A stretch of DNA of 64,000 nt from Trichoplax adhaerens. Taxonomy: Eukaryota; Animalia; Placozoa. The notes below the pieces were generated by a model. That model had not been told where the DNA came from, did no database searches, and worked only from the letters and a program-made list of their open reading frames with translations. The stretch lies in NCBI RefSeq assembly GCF_000150275.1, contig NW_002060957.1, forward strand, positions 1,104,445 through 1,168,444, given 5' to 3'. Both the position numbers and the translations under genes were made by a program. This document shows, piece after piece, positions 14,181 to 27,194 of the stretch. Positions within the stretch are counted from its first letter, which is position 1. Each line of letters begins with the position of its first letter.

Positions 14181-15884
14181 CACTTGTGGTGCTGCTATTA
14201 AAGTGAACAATATCACCATTCCTAGAATAGATATTAAATTTTGCGAATCACATAGTGATGGCAACTTGAAGCTGGTGTTTTATTTTTCTTAAATTGTCCC
14301 AAGCTGTTTAAAATAAAAGTATATTTTGTACCTAATCGTTTAAAGTGTTTCGATATTTACACATGAAAATGGGTTTCCTTGGTAAGTATTCTATATTGGA
14401 ATGGTCTGTAATTACTACCATGGACTGCTAGCTAGAATTCAAAAAAATCCGTGCCACAAGATGATTTCACACTTTCAATTTTATTGAGATGATAAGTTTG
14501 TATGCGAACAAAAAAATTTTCGTAAGCTTGTATCAATTAATAAATTAGTCAAGAAAGGATTAACAAGGTGACAAATAAGCATGATTACCATATATAAATA
14601 ACAAATTATAAAAAAGGCACTGTTTTAAGAGATAGAAGTCAAATGAACCGTTATTCAGTCCAATCGTTGAATATATTGAGAGAAAAACCCAATGGTCTAA
14701 TTTGTAACAAAGACACGACTACAACGTGAGATATTTTTACATCAATCATTTACAACAAATGCTGGAGAAGAGCTACTCAACCTAGAATCTAACTACGAGA
14801 GCATACCTAGGTATGCTCAATAGAAAGTTATTAAAAGAAAGTAGGAAAATATAAGAAAATTGCAAGTTATCTCAATTTCATCGTGGAAGTACTAGCTGAA
14901 ACCTCTTAAGATGTTTCCATTCACCGCATCATACCTTGGTAAGGTTAATAGAAATCGTTAAAAGAAAGCAGTATGTTATTAAAAAATTGCCAGTTATCTT
15001 CATTTCATATTGAAGGTACTAGCTGAAACCTGACTGGATGTTTACATTATTACTTCGGTAAGTAATTATGACAGAACGTCACAGTAAATGTCAAAATCTT
15101 AAAATTGAAAATGGCAGCATAGGCATGTCAATTTCGCCAACAGTTTTTATGAATAGAAAAATGGGTACCATGATAAAAATGCTTCAAAAAATTCGAGTAG
15201 ATTTTAGAAAAAAGAGTTAAAATGGCAGCAAACTTGAAAGAAACACAAGACAAACCAAAGTACGACATACCCAATTGAACGGGAAATGAATAATATTGGT
15301 ATCAATAACTGAGGTTTACAAAGCGGAATAGAAATGAGTTAGCAAAAGATGAATAAAGTTTTGAGAAAATTATAAGAATAGGATATCAGAAAATATTGAT
15401 CGCGGTGAAGATCAATCATGATAGATAGCTAAATTCTTTTCTGGTCATAGCCTGACTGATTAATAAATATAGTAGTAGGTTGAATATGTAAGGGATGTAA
15501 AATATTGCATGGCATCTTTAAATTGATGATGGCATGATATGGCAATGATATTAATCTTGACTGTACATAATAACGTAGAAAATAATGATCAATGCTATTC
15601 TTTAGCAATTTTTTTTCCTTAACTTATACACATGCTACAGTCTGACTGTCTGTGGAATAAATTGCGTGTGAATTATTGATAGATATAGATATGAGGAAAA
15701 GACGATATCATATACAAAAATGGAACAGCAACTGCTGTAGCTACCTAGAGAAGTACACATAAACATGTTTATACCGTTCATTGGTAAAGTTAGCACAGCA
15801 TGACATGAGCTCCAAGGGAAGCTATAAAATTGAAATTTGTAAATGAAGAGTAAAGTTAAACATTGTTCGAGCATCGCTTTCCCA

Positions 15885-18800
15885 TCAGTTTTCGCTCTTG
15901 AAGGCAAGGCGAGCAGCATTGCCTCTTTTAGGATTATTATGTGTTTTCATATGCTTGGATAAATGATCGCTTCTCATAAAGCGTTTGCTGCAGACTTTGC
16001 AAACAAATCGTTTCTCCCCTGTATGTGTTCTTAGATGGCGTTGTAATTCATCTGATCGAGTAAATCGCTTACCACAAAAGAGCCAATTGCAGACGAAAGG
16101 TCTTTCACCGCTATGCCAACGCAAGTGTGCCTTTAAATGTGATGTTTTAGTATATACTTTACCACAGTCAGCAATATGACAAATATGTTGCGCTTTACGT
16201 CGGGGTACAGGCTGGCCAGTAGCAGCCAAACGTTCATTTTCTTGACAGTATGGACAATTACAACTTGATCGATTTCCACCGTATCGACGTCCACTAGTTT
16301 GTTTGGTTGACGACTGAAGTTTTTTATTGCCATTACTATTTAATTGATTGCTGTGTAATCTTGACGGCGATGAAGTTGGGTTAGGAGAATTGCTATTCAT
16401 AGTAGACTCACTTGGCAGTTTGCTTGGTTTATTATCGCTTGGTGTATTGACTGGACTTGCTATGGATTCGTGATCGACATTTTGCCAGATATTATCGTTG
16501 ACTGCAGCTGTCATTGTAGGTTTAACCACTAATGTTCCCGCATTTTGTAGTAATTTTGGATTGGTTGAAGGAGCTACAGCAATCATTGGTGGCCAGATGG
16601 CTTTCCCTAACAGTTGTGGATGGATTAATGGGCTAGTTGGCAAGGCTACGGGAGCATAACCTGAAATTAAGTTGTTATCGCTGCCCGTTCTGAAATCGTA
16701 AAATTGATATGGTTGAATAGCTAAAGTAGGAGAGTGAGCAACCGTGATAAACTGCGGCGATAGAGGATGGCCAACGGTAGTAGGATTACTTATGGTGTTT
16801 GCAGTGGTTACTGCTGTTTATAGGATTCCACCAGAGTCATGATATTAATAAAGAATACAAGTAGAAAAATTCAGTTTGATTTTAATATCAATCAATCAAT
16901 GCAACAGACTAGTGGTATAAAAATCCATTGTATAAAATAGTCTACATCCTTTTTATCCTTCAATATATATGTATAGGTTACGGCCAAAACCCGAAGTTGG
17001 CCAATACGCGTATTGGCCGGAATTCGGGTTTTGGCCGTAACATATATACATTATTGATGATCAAAATCGATGACAGCTGAATGATTGATAAAGGAGTTTA
17101 TGACATAGATCACTGCAAAATAATAGTATCACTAGACAGCTAGGCGATATTACATAATGTATCCTTAACTTTATCCCGCTTGATGTCTCTTTGTCAATAA
17201 AGATCAATCAATTCATTACAGTAGGAGTTATAGTAGGATTTGGCTGGCTGTATTGTTCGTTGAAATAATGCATCATGACTTTGCAATGTAGGATATGCTG
17301 TAACCTGTAAGTTATTCAATCCTTTGGGTGACAAATGCTATAGGAGACAGTAGCATGAATAAATAATTCATCTCGATTGGTGTTAAAATCTATGCTAATA
17401 ATTAATTCATTGTAAATCATTTACAACCGTAGCAGTTACTGCTGCCATAGATTATGAATGTGTCGGAGAATAACAATAACACTGCAATCGAAGCTATACG
17501 GGAAAGTTAGTCTATACTTTAGGTGGCAAATGCTATTGGAGACAGCAGAAAGAATAGGCATAATATTATGTTTCCTGGTGATATTCATGCCAACTATTGT
17601 ACATCCTTTACAGCAGTAGTTACTGTAAGCATTGGATACCTTTTTGGTTTACTCATTAAATAATGTATTACTATCGTGCAAGTTAGTTAGGCCATTGAAG
17701 AAAGTAGCATAGAACTCAATATCAATAACTTTGATCCCATTTTGATTTCTCAATCCGTGTTGACCGTTGTCAATCATGGACAGCAGCAGCAGTGATTACA
17801 GAAAATCACTTATTATGCGATGTTGTTAAATGATGGCCAACAATTCTCCAATCTAGGCTATATACTGAAAGTTGATCAATATACCTTTGATAACAAAATG
17901 ATATGAGAGATAATATTAGCATGGATGCTCAGCTCAATAGCCTTGGTTCAAACTTGATGAACTTCATCACATTTATTATGCGATGTTGTTAAATGATGGC
18001 CAACCATTCCCAATCTAGGCTACATACTGAAAGTTGATCGATATACCTTTGATAGCAAAATGATATGAGAGATAATAATAACATGGATGCTTAGCTCAAT
18101 AGCCTTGGTTCATGCTTGATGAAATTCATCACGTTTCAAGTCGACAACTATTATACATTAATGACAGCAGTAGCAGTTGGTGTTGGAATGTGCTGTATTG
18201 AGAATGGGCTAATTGATGTCCAACGAACGATGTTGCAATGCATTATAATGTAAAAATATCCTACAAGACACTCCATTATTTGTAGCAAGACCGATAGTTC
18301 GAGATAATACCTATGAAAATATACAGCTATCTAGCATTGGTTAATGTGTCTTTAACCTCATCAAGTTTCATGCCAATATCCAGTGTACATCATTTAGAAT
18401 AGTTGGAGGCAGTGTCGGAAATTTGCCGTATTGCTAATTTGTTGAATAAAGGACAACTACACTGTCATCTTAATTTAGGATATACTGGAAGTTAGTCAGT
18501 ACTTGCAATTATCAATGTTATTGGAGATGATCTTTGATCACGTTCCATGTCAACAATGTCAATCATTTATAGCAGTTGCAGTTATAACAGCAATTTGCAA
18601 TACAGTATTGCTAAGTTGAATAACTACAGTGAACAATTGTGCTGTAATGCCGGATAGATTAGAAATCAGTCAATACTTTGAATGCTGTTGATCATGTTGC
18701 ATGTCTTTATCCATGTCAATCATTGTTAACTTTCAACAGTAGCAATCTGAGAATAGCAAAAATGGCCCTAAATTCTGCCCACTAGACCTCAAAACTATGC

Positions 18801-19250
18801 ACTGGTAGCAGCAGCAGATACAATAAGAATCTGCTGTTGTATTGCTTGAATGATGATGCACAACGATGCTATCGTAGTGCCGTGAGTTTAGCCTTAACGT
18901 TCAATTCTACATTAGCATTAAAATTACTAATTTGTGCTACAGTAACATTTTAACTTTATTCTAGCTATCATCCAACTATTTATAGCTTCGTTAATATAGT
19001 AATAAAAGAGGCTGAATGATACAGCACTACAGCCAGATCGATATTAACTATTGCTTGGTGCATCAGGCGTTGCCATATACAATCCAAGGAAAAATTATGG
19101 AAGACGGACTATTGATCCTAGCAAACAGCTTATCCTAATATTTTTTTGCATTATCCACTAACCTTCAATCATATTAGGATGGACTAAAGGTGTAGTCTGT
19201 TGTCCAATTCGATTACATGTTGCAGCTAAAAGGGCCAGAGGCGTTGCCAT
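15885..19250 (-). CDS. Sp6-9: Sp-family C2H2 zinc-finger transcription factor, most like Sp6-9; exons 19250-19163 and ~16813-15885
   Basis: Exon 1 encodes the Sp box [16 protein letters not shown] and ends GAAG|GTTAGT (phase 1). A phase-matched AG at 16815/16814 opens a stop-free frame into ORF 15885..16643. This frame has the Btd box [21 protein letters not shown] (cf. Sp8/9 RRYSGRATCDCPNCQEAERL) and three fingers ([24 protein letters not shown]). The subfamily call is by eye. Confidence 0.9.
16977..17041. repeat. 65-bp GC-rich near-perfect palindrome (MITE-like/cruciform) in the Sp intron
   Basis: Outer arms gttacggccaaaacccgaa / ttcgggttttggccgtaac form a perfect 19-bp inverted repeat. 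They enclose the perfect 20-bp palindrome ggccaatacgcgtattggcc. Flanks are TA-rich. Confidence 0.85.
17810..18132. repeat. Recent ~163-bp tandem duplication inside an older degenerate array (~17330-18850) in the Sp intron
   Basis: tattatgcgatgttgttaaatgatggccaac...ccttggttca starts at 17811 and again at 17974. Older units share aaatgcta(t)aggagacag and cagcagtag motifs. Confidence 0.85.
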
Positions 19251-19464
19251 CTTGATTTTTCACTTGAACGATTTCAGCCAAAAATAGGATTGGATTTAGG
19301 CAATATCAATATCTAATGACATTATTCAAAAGAAAAAAAGTTCAGTTCATTCAAATCAATACAAATTCTGGCTTTCTTCTTTATAAAATGACTATAAATC
19401 TTGTCAATTCTAATCATGATAATCTCTCCTTAGTTGTGTCATAAAGTTCATATTGGTAGGTTGT

Positions 19465-20110
19465 GGACTAGAATTGAAGAAAATTAAAGCTAAATTTAAC
19501 TACTGTATAATTTTTCAGTGCCTTCTCGTTTCTTATTCATGATATTGTTGTGTAATAAGGTTGATATTGGCAAGTCGTAGGCTAGAATTGAAGAAAATTA
19601 AAGCTAAATTCACTTACTGTGAACGTAACTTGTTAGTGACTACTCGTTTCTTGTTCATTAAGCATGGTTAAAAATACAATAATTAAAAATTAAGGCCAAC
19701 TTCAAATACTGTATATCTTGCCAATGCCTCTTCGTTTCTTGTTCATCAAGTATGGTAAACAAATACAACAACTACTACAGGTTTGAAGAAAAAGGCAGCC
19801 AAAATTTAGCAAGTATAAAGTTTGTCTGTTTCAACGACGTCCTCTCTCGTTATTGGTGTGAGATTTGCAATTTCTACCACAAGGTTGAAGAAAACAACAG
19901 CTAAACCCAAATTGCTGTTGAACTTGTCAGTACCTACTCATGGTTGAAGAAAACGACAGCCAAAATCAAGCTACTGTATAACTTAGTCAGTGCCTCCTCC
20001 TTTCTTGCTAAAGCAGTATGGTTGACAATTAGCAATTTGTAATGTAGAGTTGAAGAAATTGGCAGCCAAGATTAAACTAGTGTAGAACTTGTCAGTGCCA
20101 GTTCTTGCTA
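19465..20110. repeat. Degenerate tandem array (~7 units, 60-115 bp) just upstream of the Sp ATG
   Basis: ttgaagaaaa..agc.aaa...actgt..aactt.tcagtgcc...tttctt recurs near 19470, 19585, 19685, 19782, 19883, 19942 and 20048. Confidence 0.8.
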
Positions 20111-23100
20111 TTTCAGTAAAGTCGATATTGGCGATTTCTACTCGCTGTTTCTCGCTATGTTAGTGAGGCAAATTGTACGCTAGGATTGAAATAGGAATCA
20201 CAACTAAAATGGAACTAGTCGGCTTCCGTTTTCACTACTCGAGTTGTTTATGTTTATTTAGAGATGGTGGGTTTGAGATGAGCTAGTTGGACGATTGTAG
20301 ATCACAGTCTAACATCAATGTCATGCCCTGTGGAGATTTAAGCCATTAAAACAGGAGTAGTAAAGGGGCAATTTCCTTGCATAATCCCGTTTCATGTGGG
20401 TCATGGATGACGAACAACAGTCTAATTGATTAGTAATCATTTGTATCCACGTTCAATTGAATGATGGCACCTCTTCCCTTTGATAATTGTTGACTACCGT
20501 AGTGCAATCAAGACAAACTCATTCGGATTGACTCAATTACCTATTTTATTTTTTTCTACTTGTCTTTTACAATAATCCATTTCTCTTTGTCGTAGAATCG
20601 ATGTAGCAAAGAATAATGATTGTAGATAGAATGGGTGGTAATTGTTTTATTAAGACGAGCTATTCAAAGGAAGATGCTCTTCTATTTTATTGCCTCTTTT
20701 CCTCTTTACAGAAATTGAGTTTAGTCCAATGATAATGCTGTACCAATAGTATACATGGTTGTAATAGGTAAACTAAGTCTATTGGATAACATGTTATAGA
20801 TTGGGAAAGACTACAGTTGAATCTGCAAGAAATATTAGAGTAGAGAGAGGAGAAAAAAAAAACTTCATGTCTACTGTGTCCGAGTTGTACCGGATGATTC
20901 AGTCGACTAGTCATGCAGAGGTTGCAAGTCTTATCCTTGAAGGCGTAGCTCGAGAAATGATCCATTTTAAACCTCTTTCTATCATGATGGAATTCAATCT
21001 AATGTAGCCTCATGTTGGAATCTCTTTTTTACAAAAATGACAACCCTTATTCAATATGTAGCCAACTAAGTCATGATTAAAATGGTAGGTCGTGATCATG
21101 GATAGGGTAGAGGAGTAGACATGGTATTGATATTGGCTTGTTGCATCAGTGGATAGCAATATCGGCCATTTCCCTTTTGGTTTGATCCATTTCCCTGTTC
21201 TTACCTCATCAACTGCAAAGCCTATCCCTAACTAGGCCAAAGTTCTTGGCATCATGAGTGTAGAATCAGCTTAGTCGATAAAATTACTTTATCTAAGCGA
21301 CACTCACCGTTGATAATTTTCTATTTTCTTCCACTTTTTCTCTCTACCCTGCAAGATTTCAATAACTAGGCCAAAAATGGGTGGTAATAGCAACCTCCAA
21401 GATGCAAAGAGTTTACTCTAGGCAATTAATGACGTGAGAAATGACCTTTTCAGCTTAATTGATCTTGCTGAATTTCACCTAAATGGAGATGAAGAGGATA
21501 GAAAATCAATTGATCCGAAAGCCCTTCTTTTTTCTTTTATTTTTTCCACTTGACACAGTCAGTAAAAGTGTATATTCAAAAAGAGCGTTGATGACGATTT
21601 TTGAAGGATGGCTAAGCTAGACTTTATGGCTGTTGGATGGATAAATTGTATATAGATCGACTATCAAGGCTTGCAAGTGCAAAAAGTAAATGAAAGGACG
21701 ATGGATGGGAGGCGGAGTATCTTGGATAGAAGAGACAAAGTAATGAGACGAGAATGGCAGAAACAATAAGCAGAAGGTTAAGGGCCATAGGCTTGATGGC
21801 CAATGAATCCAACGTGAACAATAACATCATCAGACATAGGCAAAAAGGAAAAAACAATCAAGGCATTTCCTTGATCATGTCATGCAAAGCATTCTATACA
21901 TAGGCTATAGCCATGATGGATTGAATTCGATTCCAAATTAATATGCAATGCATATTTTGCAGGCATTGTTTGCATTGTGCGGGCGTAGACTAGGAGACCA
22001 CCTACAGTAAACATAACGGTGTTGAGCATTGAGTTTACTGTTGAAAATGGATCAAAAGGGCTTGAAAGAGTGACAAACAAGGTGGACAAGGAGCGTCCAT
22101 TGCTAGTCCAATGTTGATTTCTACCATGACGACAGTAAGAGAACATACAAGTACACGATCCAAGCAGGGTACAAGAATTCAGAAGTGATGATGGAAAGGA
22201 AAGGGGGTTGGTCAATTTACGCCTGCTTGATTTATACTGGTCAACTTGTAAATAAGATATAATCAACAGCTTGGAGGTGCAAACTCATGTTATTCAACTG
22301 ACTAGAATGATTCCCCTGTGCAATCCAGAGGAATTGGATAGCATTCTCTATTCTAATTGATAATATAACACAGTGTATTTTAACAGTCTACACCAGTGTT
22401 GACTTATCATTATTCATGCTAGACTTGGCTATTCTCCTTCATTCCTTTTTTTTTCCAGTTGGATTATTCTTATTCTATCCTACGTTGATGCACTTTGTTG
22501 ACAGTAGTGACGATAACAACGTTGTTATCCATTTTGTTGACTACTCTAGTGTACTCTACCATTGGCTATAAAATGCAACTCTCTCTCTACAGTACAGGAC
22601 TCCGGGCTGAACAAATAGATTGACAAACAACCAAGGAGAGGATTAAAATGGAGTCACAACAGCAATGGAGATGATCAGCGGAGTCTCAACTGTCCTGATT
22701 GATTGAGTGATATCAGTAAAGAGAGCATTTTATGCTGTAAAATAAGAAGAGAATACAAACATTCTATTCATGGATGTTGTGCAATTCTGGTACATCAGGA
22801 AGGGCTTTATACGTTGACAAGATAATGAAACAGCATTGCCATTGACGATTCTTCTCGCTGCTAGTGGGGCACCATGCTCCTATCAAGTAGCCTGATTTAT
22901 CTACAGTAGATAAACTTTTTCTGTAAAGTATCACGCAGAGATGATAAGGCATTGGTGATTATTTCCTATTGTTTGTACATAGTCGAGGAAATGGCCAAGA
23001 AATGAGAGAGAGAATTGACTTCTCTACAGGAGCAGTGTGGATTAGAAGGAGGTATTTAAAGAATGCCCGCTCAGACTTCATTGCCCTATCAATGCGGCCA

Positions 23101-23919
23101 GGTTCAGTTAGACTCCACAGTGAAGAATCAACACATTTCGTATGTTGATGGCAGTCATCATTGTTAAGAAGGAAACTCCCTTCGTATTTCACTTACAGCC
23201 CATCATCAAGCTTATTTGACCTCTTATTTCCATAGTGTTGCTATCTAATAAAATTTGAGAGCAAGTTCTTTTCGTTGATGCTATGAAATTTCCTCCCCCT
23301 CTTTACTATCCGATAAGTAACCCCCATCGTAACAGACATTTTGAGCTTCTACCTACACCATGGAATCACTTTATTTTCTGTCTAGATTAAGATTTATTGT
23401 AAGCTTCCTTATCTATCTGTTTCATAGATAAGCCATAGATAAGGAGTACTTGGTCGATAAGCACTCATTTTATGAAGATTATTGATGGATGTATATTCTC
23501 CGATACGGCTTATATCTAAGAGTTTTAATTTCTGTTGTAGTCAAGTTTAATAAATTTGTAGATACACAATCAAATCAACTTTCTTTTTCTGCCTTGACCA
23601 AGATCAATTTATGCTTTAATTTCTTACGTATGTGTTTAATTTAGTTGTGTTATCAAGACAGTTACCTTTGCATTCAAGGTTCAATGCTTTAAGCTATTCG
23701 TTGTACCGATTTCAAGAGTGCTTTCTTGGTTGATATAATTCTAAGCAGTAATTGCTCTGTAAATATACTGGCAGCCGCAAACTTGATATAGTGTAAACGG
23801 GAGAATGCGAGTACTTTTTACGTCTGGATCGAGCTTAGTTTAGTAGTGCTAATCGAGTCCATTTTCCTTTAATTAATTCATTATTGAAGCTCCCTTTCTA
23901 ATTCTAATGGCTAAGTACC

Positions 23920-24730
23920 CACGGTAACACATTTGGAAAAGCAATTTCTACTTCTAATAAAGTGCAATCACCAAGGGCAATATCACTACTGCTATGACTG
24001 TGTTGTTGCTAATTTAATTGCTAAGCACCGATAGTAAGACATTTACCAATGTAATTTCTCTATTCTATACGTGTAAAATAATGCAATGATCTGTAGATTC
24101 CTTCATGACAACCTCACGAAGCATAACTAACATGCTTCTACGAGAATTTCTGCTATTACTCTACTAACTACTGCTCGCTCCTAATCGCTAAGTCTGATAG
24201 TAAGACATTTGAGAATGCCATTTTCCATCCAGTAGCAGAGGATCATCAGTGACAACATCACTGCGAACATTTCTGGTAATACCCTAGCGATTACTGCTAG
24301 TTGCTAATCACGAAACCCCAATAGTAAGACATTTGAGAATGTCATTCTCCATCTCATTCAGTAGCAGAGAATCATCAAGGACATCACGGCGAATATTCCA
24401 AGTATTCCCCTACCAATTGCTGCAAATTCCTAACGAATAGAGTCTATCATTTCTAAGCATCCTCAGTAAGACATTTGAGAATCCCATTTCTTCATCCGTC
24501 AGAATACCACAGTAGTCTGTAGAATCATCATCCATAGTAACATGGCAACGCCTAAAATGCTCCTTCGCTCAACACTCGTTAGTCGCTATTGGAAAATGTA
24601 ATTTCTCCAGTCGGTGGAACAAGAATCCTCATCGACAACATATCTCTAGGCATCAAATACTAAGACGAGTATTTCTGCTACTGGTCTATGACAACTACTG
24701 TATGTTGTAAATACTATAGAAAGACATTTA
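23920..24730. repeat. Degenerate tandem array with core tagtaagacatttgagaatg.catt
   Basis: The core or a variant occurs near 23923, 24032, 24198, 24322, 24464, 24588 and 24718. Confidence 0.8.
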
Positions 24731-25594
24731 TTTACCAACGGTATTTGCAAATCCAGCTGGCTGCAATCGCCTATGTCAACATGACTTGACGTCAAGATAA
24801 CTGCTACTACAGATCACTACCGATGCGATCTAAACCCCTTCCGGGAAATCGCGAAAGGCATTGATTTACAGTAATTCAAGTGGACATTTTCCATCGACAA
24901 ATGGCAAGATCCCAAGCCATGACGTAATCTTTTTCCCCATAGGATGAAATAAACGACCGAGGGGATGAAATTTAAATCAACCTTTGCTGAAAGATTGGGC
25001 GTATACTCCTATCTATCCGCCATCTCAGCCAATGGATAGTATTTTGAGCCACTCTTTCCGCTGGAAGTAGTGTAGGATAACATGTCCACTGTGAGACATG
25101 TTGATGACAGCATTTTGGCTGCAGGTTTCTATGGCCTTTTCTACCGTCATAGACAGCTAAAACAATCAAGACGGCTCCAAAAAGGGGGAGGGAAAGGAGG
25201 TGCAGCCTCCAGTTTTAAATATGCCAATTTAATTTGACACTCCTAAAAAGAATGATAGGCGTTCCCGCTCGAGTGCATCCAAGCAGCAAAGACAAGAAAT
25301 GGAAGCACCCGCTGCTTGTCTTCTATTCGATAGGCGGATCATCAGTAATAAAGAACCAGGTGTTGAGCTGATAGACAAGGTCGTTATTCTGTTGCAATCT
25401 GCCATGACTAATCTCTCTCTTGTATTGTATAGGTTGATTTCTCTCTTTTCAACCGGTAGACATGTCGAAAGCAAATGGCCGGTAGGTGTTGACTACATGC
25501 TCATCATTGGCAGGGTATTGCAAACGTCGTGGAAAAAAAAACAAGCATCAGATTGGTCGGGAAGTTAGCCCTTATAATATCATCCTTCAACCCA

Positions 25595-25750
25595 TGGATC
25601 AATTGGGCTTCTATCTTGGCTGCGTGATGGCAGTCCAACTGGAAATGGAAAGCCGATAGAATCAAGATATCATCAATCAATTGGATTTTAGATTCAATCG
25701 ATGGATCGATTGGGCTTCCATCTTGGTTGCGTGCTGGCAGTTCAACTGGA
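25595..25750. repeat. Direct repeat of ~50 bp, copies ~106 bp apart
   Basis: atggatc.attgggcttc.atcttgg.tgcgtg.tggcagt.caactgga occurs at 25595 and 25701. Confidence 0.8.
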
Positions 25751-26741
25751 CATGAAGGAATGGAAAGGAAATGACTATCAACATCAACATGGATGTGCTA
25801 CGTTACAGATTTGCTCAATGTATCCCTCCAATTTTGAGCCAATAATGGCGAACCTTAAGGATTACAGAACCCATTCACAACAATCAACGATAACCTACCT
25901 TGCAACGGTTTCCTGCTCCCCTGAGTAGCAACATGACTAAGCCGATAGATAGTTCAAGCGATGTCCGATTAATCTTGATTCTATCAATTCGTTCTTGGCT
26001 ATGGAATCAACATGGCTAAGGTCAAGTTAACCATTACTATCCATCGTCAGCACTACAATCGAGATTGACAACAGGCAGTGATCGATATTCATCCCTATAA
26101 AATTTGCCTTCTTAAGTCTTCTTTTCCCCACCGTCAGACGGGCCCTATCACAACCCTTCCTGCAATCATTAACACGAAAGGAAACACCTATGTGGAAATG
26201 GCGTCATATCTGCTTGAACGGTAGAAAGGAATAGCCTTGTAGTCATTGGTCCCCCAGGTAAAAATCAATTCCAGTTGCCTATTACACTAAGCAAACTACA
26301 GTAATGAAGAGTAGACAAGTTGATCGTTCTACTGGTCATGTTGAGAAATGCCTTTGCTTTAACAGTGGGATACTCTGCGTTTCTACTTTGCAGTACTCTT
26401 GGACAGTATCGCATGGAGTAATTACTGGGATAGATGGAATAATCTTGTTCTGTTTAAGCGATTGATTGGTGTCGTTATTTCAATAATTGAGTCAGATAAA
26501 ATAATAAGCCAGCTCCCAATAGGTCTACTACAAATTGTGCAGCTTGACTAGCTTGCATTGGTGATTAGAACAGTCTTTTCTAATGAATCATCCGTTTAGT
26601 ACAGTAGTCACACAGATCTTGCAAGGGTTGATTCCTACGGTATTTCGGCATCGTAGATGCTGGATTCTTCTATCCTATTAGCACTACTTGTGCTTGCAAG
26701 GTAACTTGATTGTTCTCCTCTTCTCATAAGGAAAGCCTTTC

Positions 26742-27194
26742 TAGCTTTAGCGTTCTACTGTAGAGCAGTCTACAACATGGATTACCTTATTCTAACGAGT
26801 AGTACTTGCATATTGTGAAGAGAGGTTTGCTAGCTTGATCGTCCTACTGTAGTCTCTTCCAATAGGGGAAAGCTCTCTCTAGCTTTAGCCTTGTACAGGT
26901 TGAAGAGAGGTTTGCTAGCTTGATCGTCCTACTGTAGTCTCTTCTAATAGGGAAAAGCTCTCTCTAGCTTTAGCCTGTACAGGTTAAAGAGAGGTTTGCT
27001 AGCTTGATCGTCCTACTGTAGTCTCTTCTAATAGGGGAAAGCTCTCTCTAGCTTTAGCCTTGTACAGGTTGAAGACAGGTTTGAGAACGTGACCGTTCTC
27101 CTGAAGTCTCTTGTAGCTTAAACGTTCTTCTATAGAGCAGTCTACAACATAGATTGCCACATTCTAGCGAGTAGTACTTGCACATTGTGAAGAG
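26742..27194. repeat. 85-bp minisatellite (~3.3 near-identical copies) flanked by an ~80-bp direct repeat
   Basis: The unit gaagagaggtttgctagcttgatcgtcctactgtagtctc... starts at 26817, 26902 and 26986, with a partial copy at 27071. The flanking repeat tagagcagtctacaacat...gagtagtacttgca lies at ~26761 and ~27133. Confidence 0.9.

Noticed and set aside
15635-16333. Alternative-frame and antisense ORFs over the Sp gene (likewise 34235-34758 over GPD2)
   Set aside because: These are shadow ORFs of real coding exons.
23920-24730. CRISPR-like repeat/spacer appearance (also 30920-32590)
   Set aside because: The DNA is eukaryotic with no cas genes. The repeats are degenerate and the spacers are long, irregular and partly homologous.
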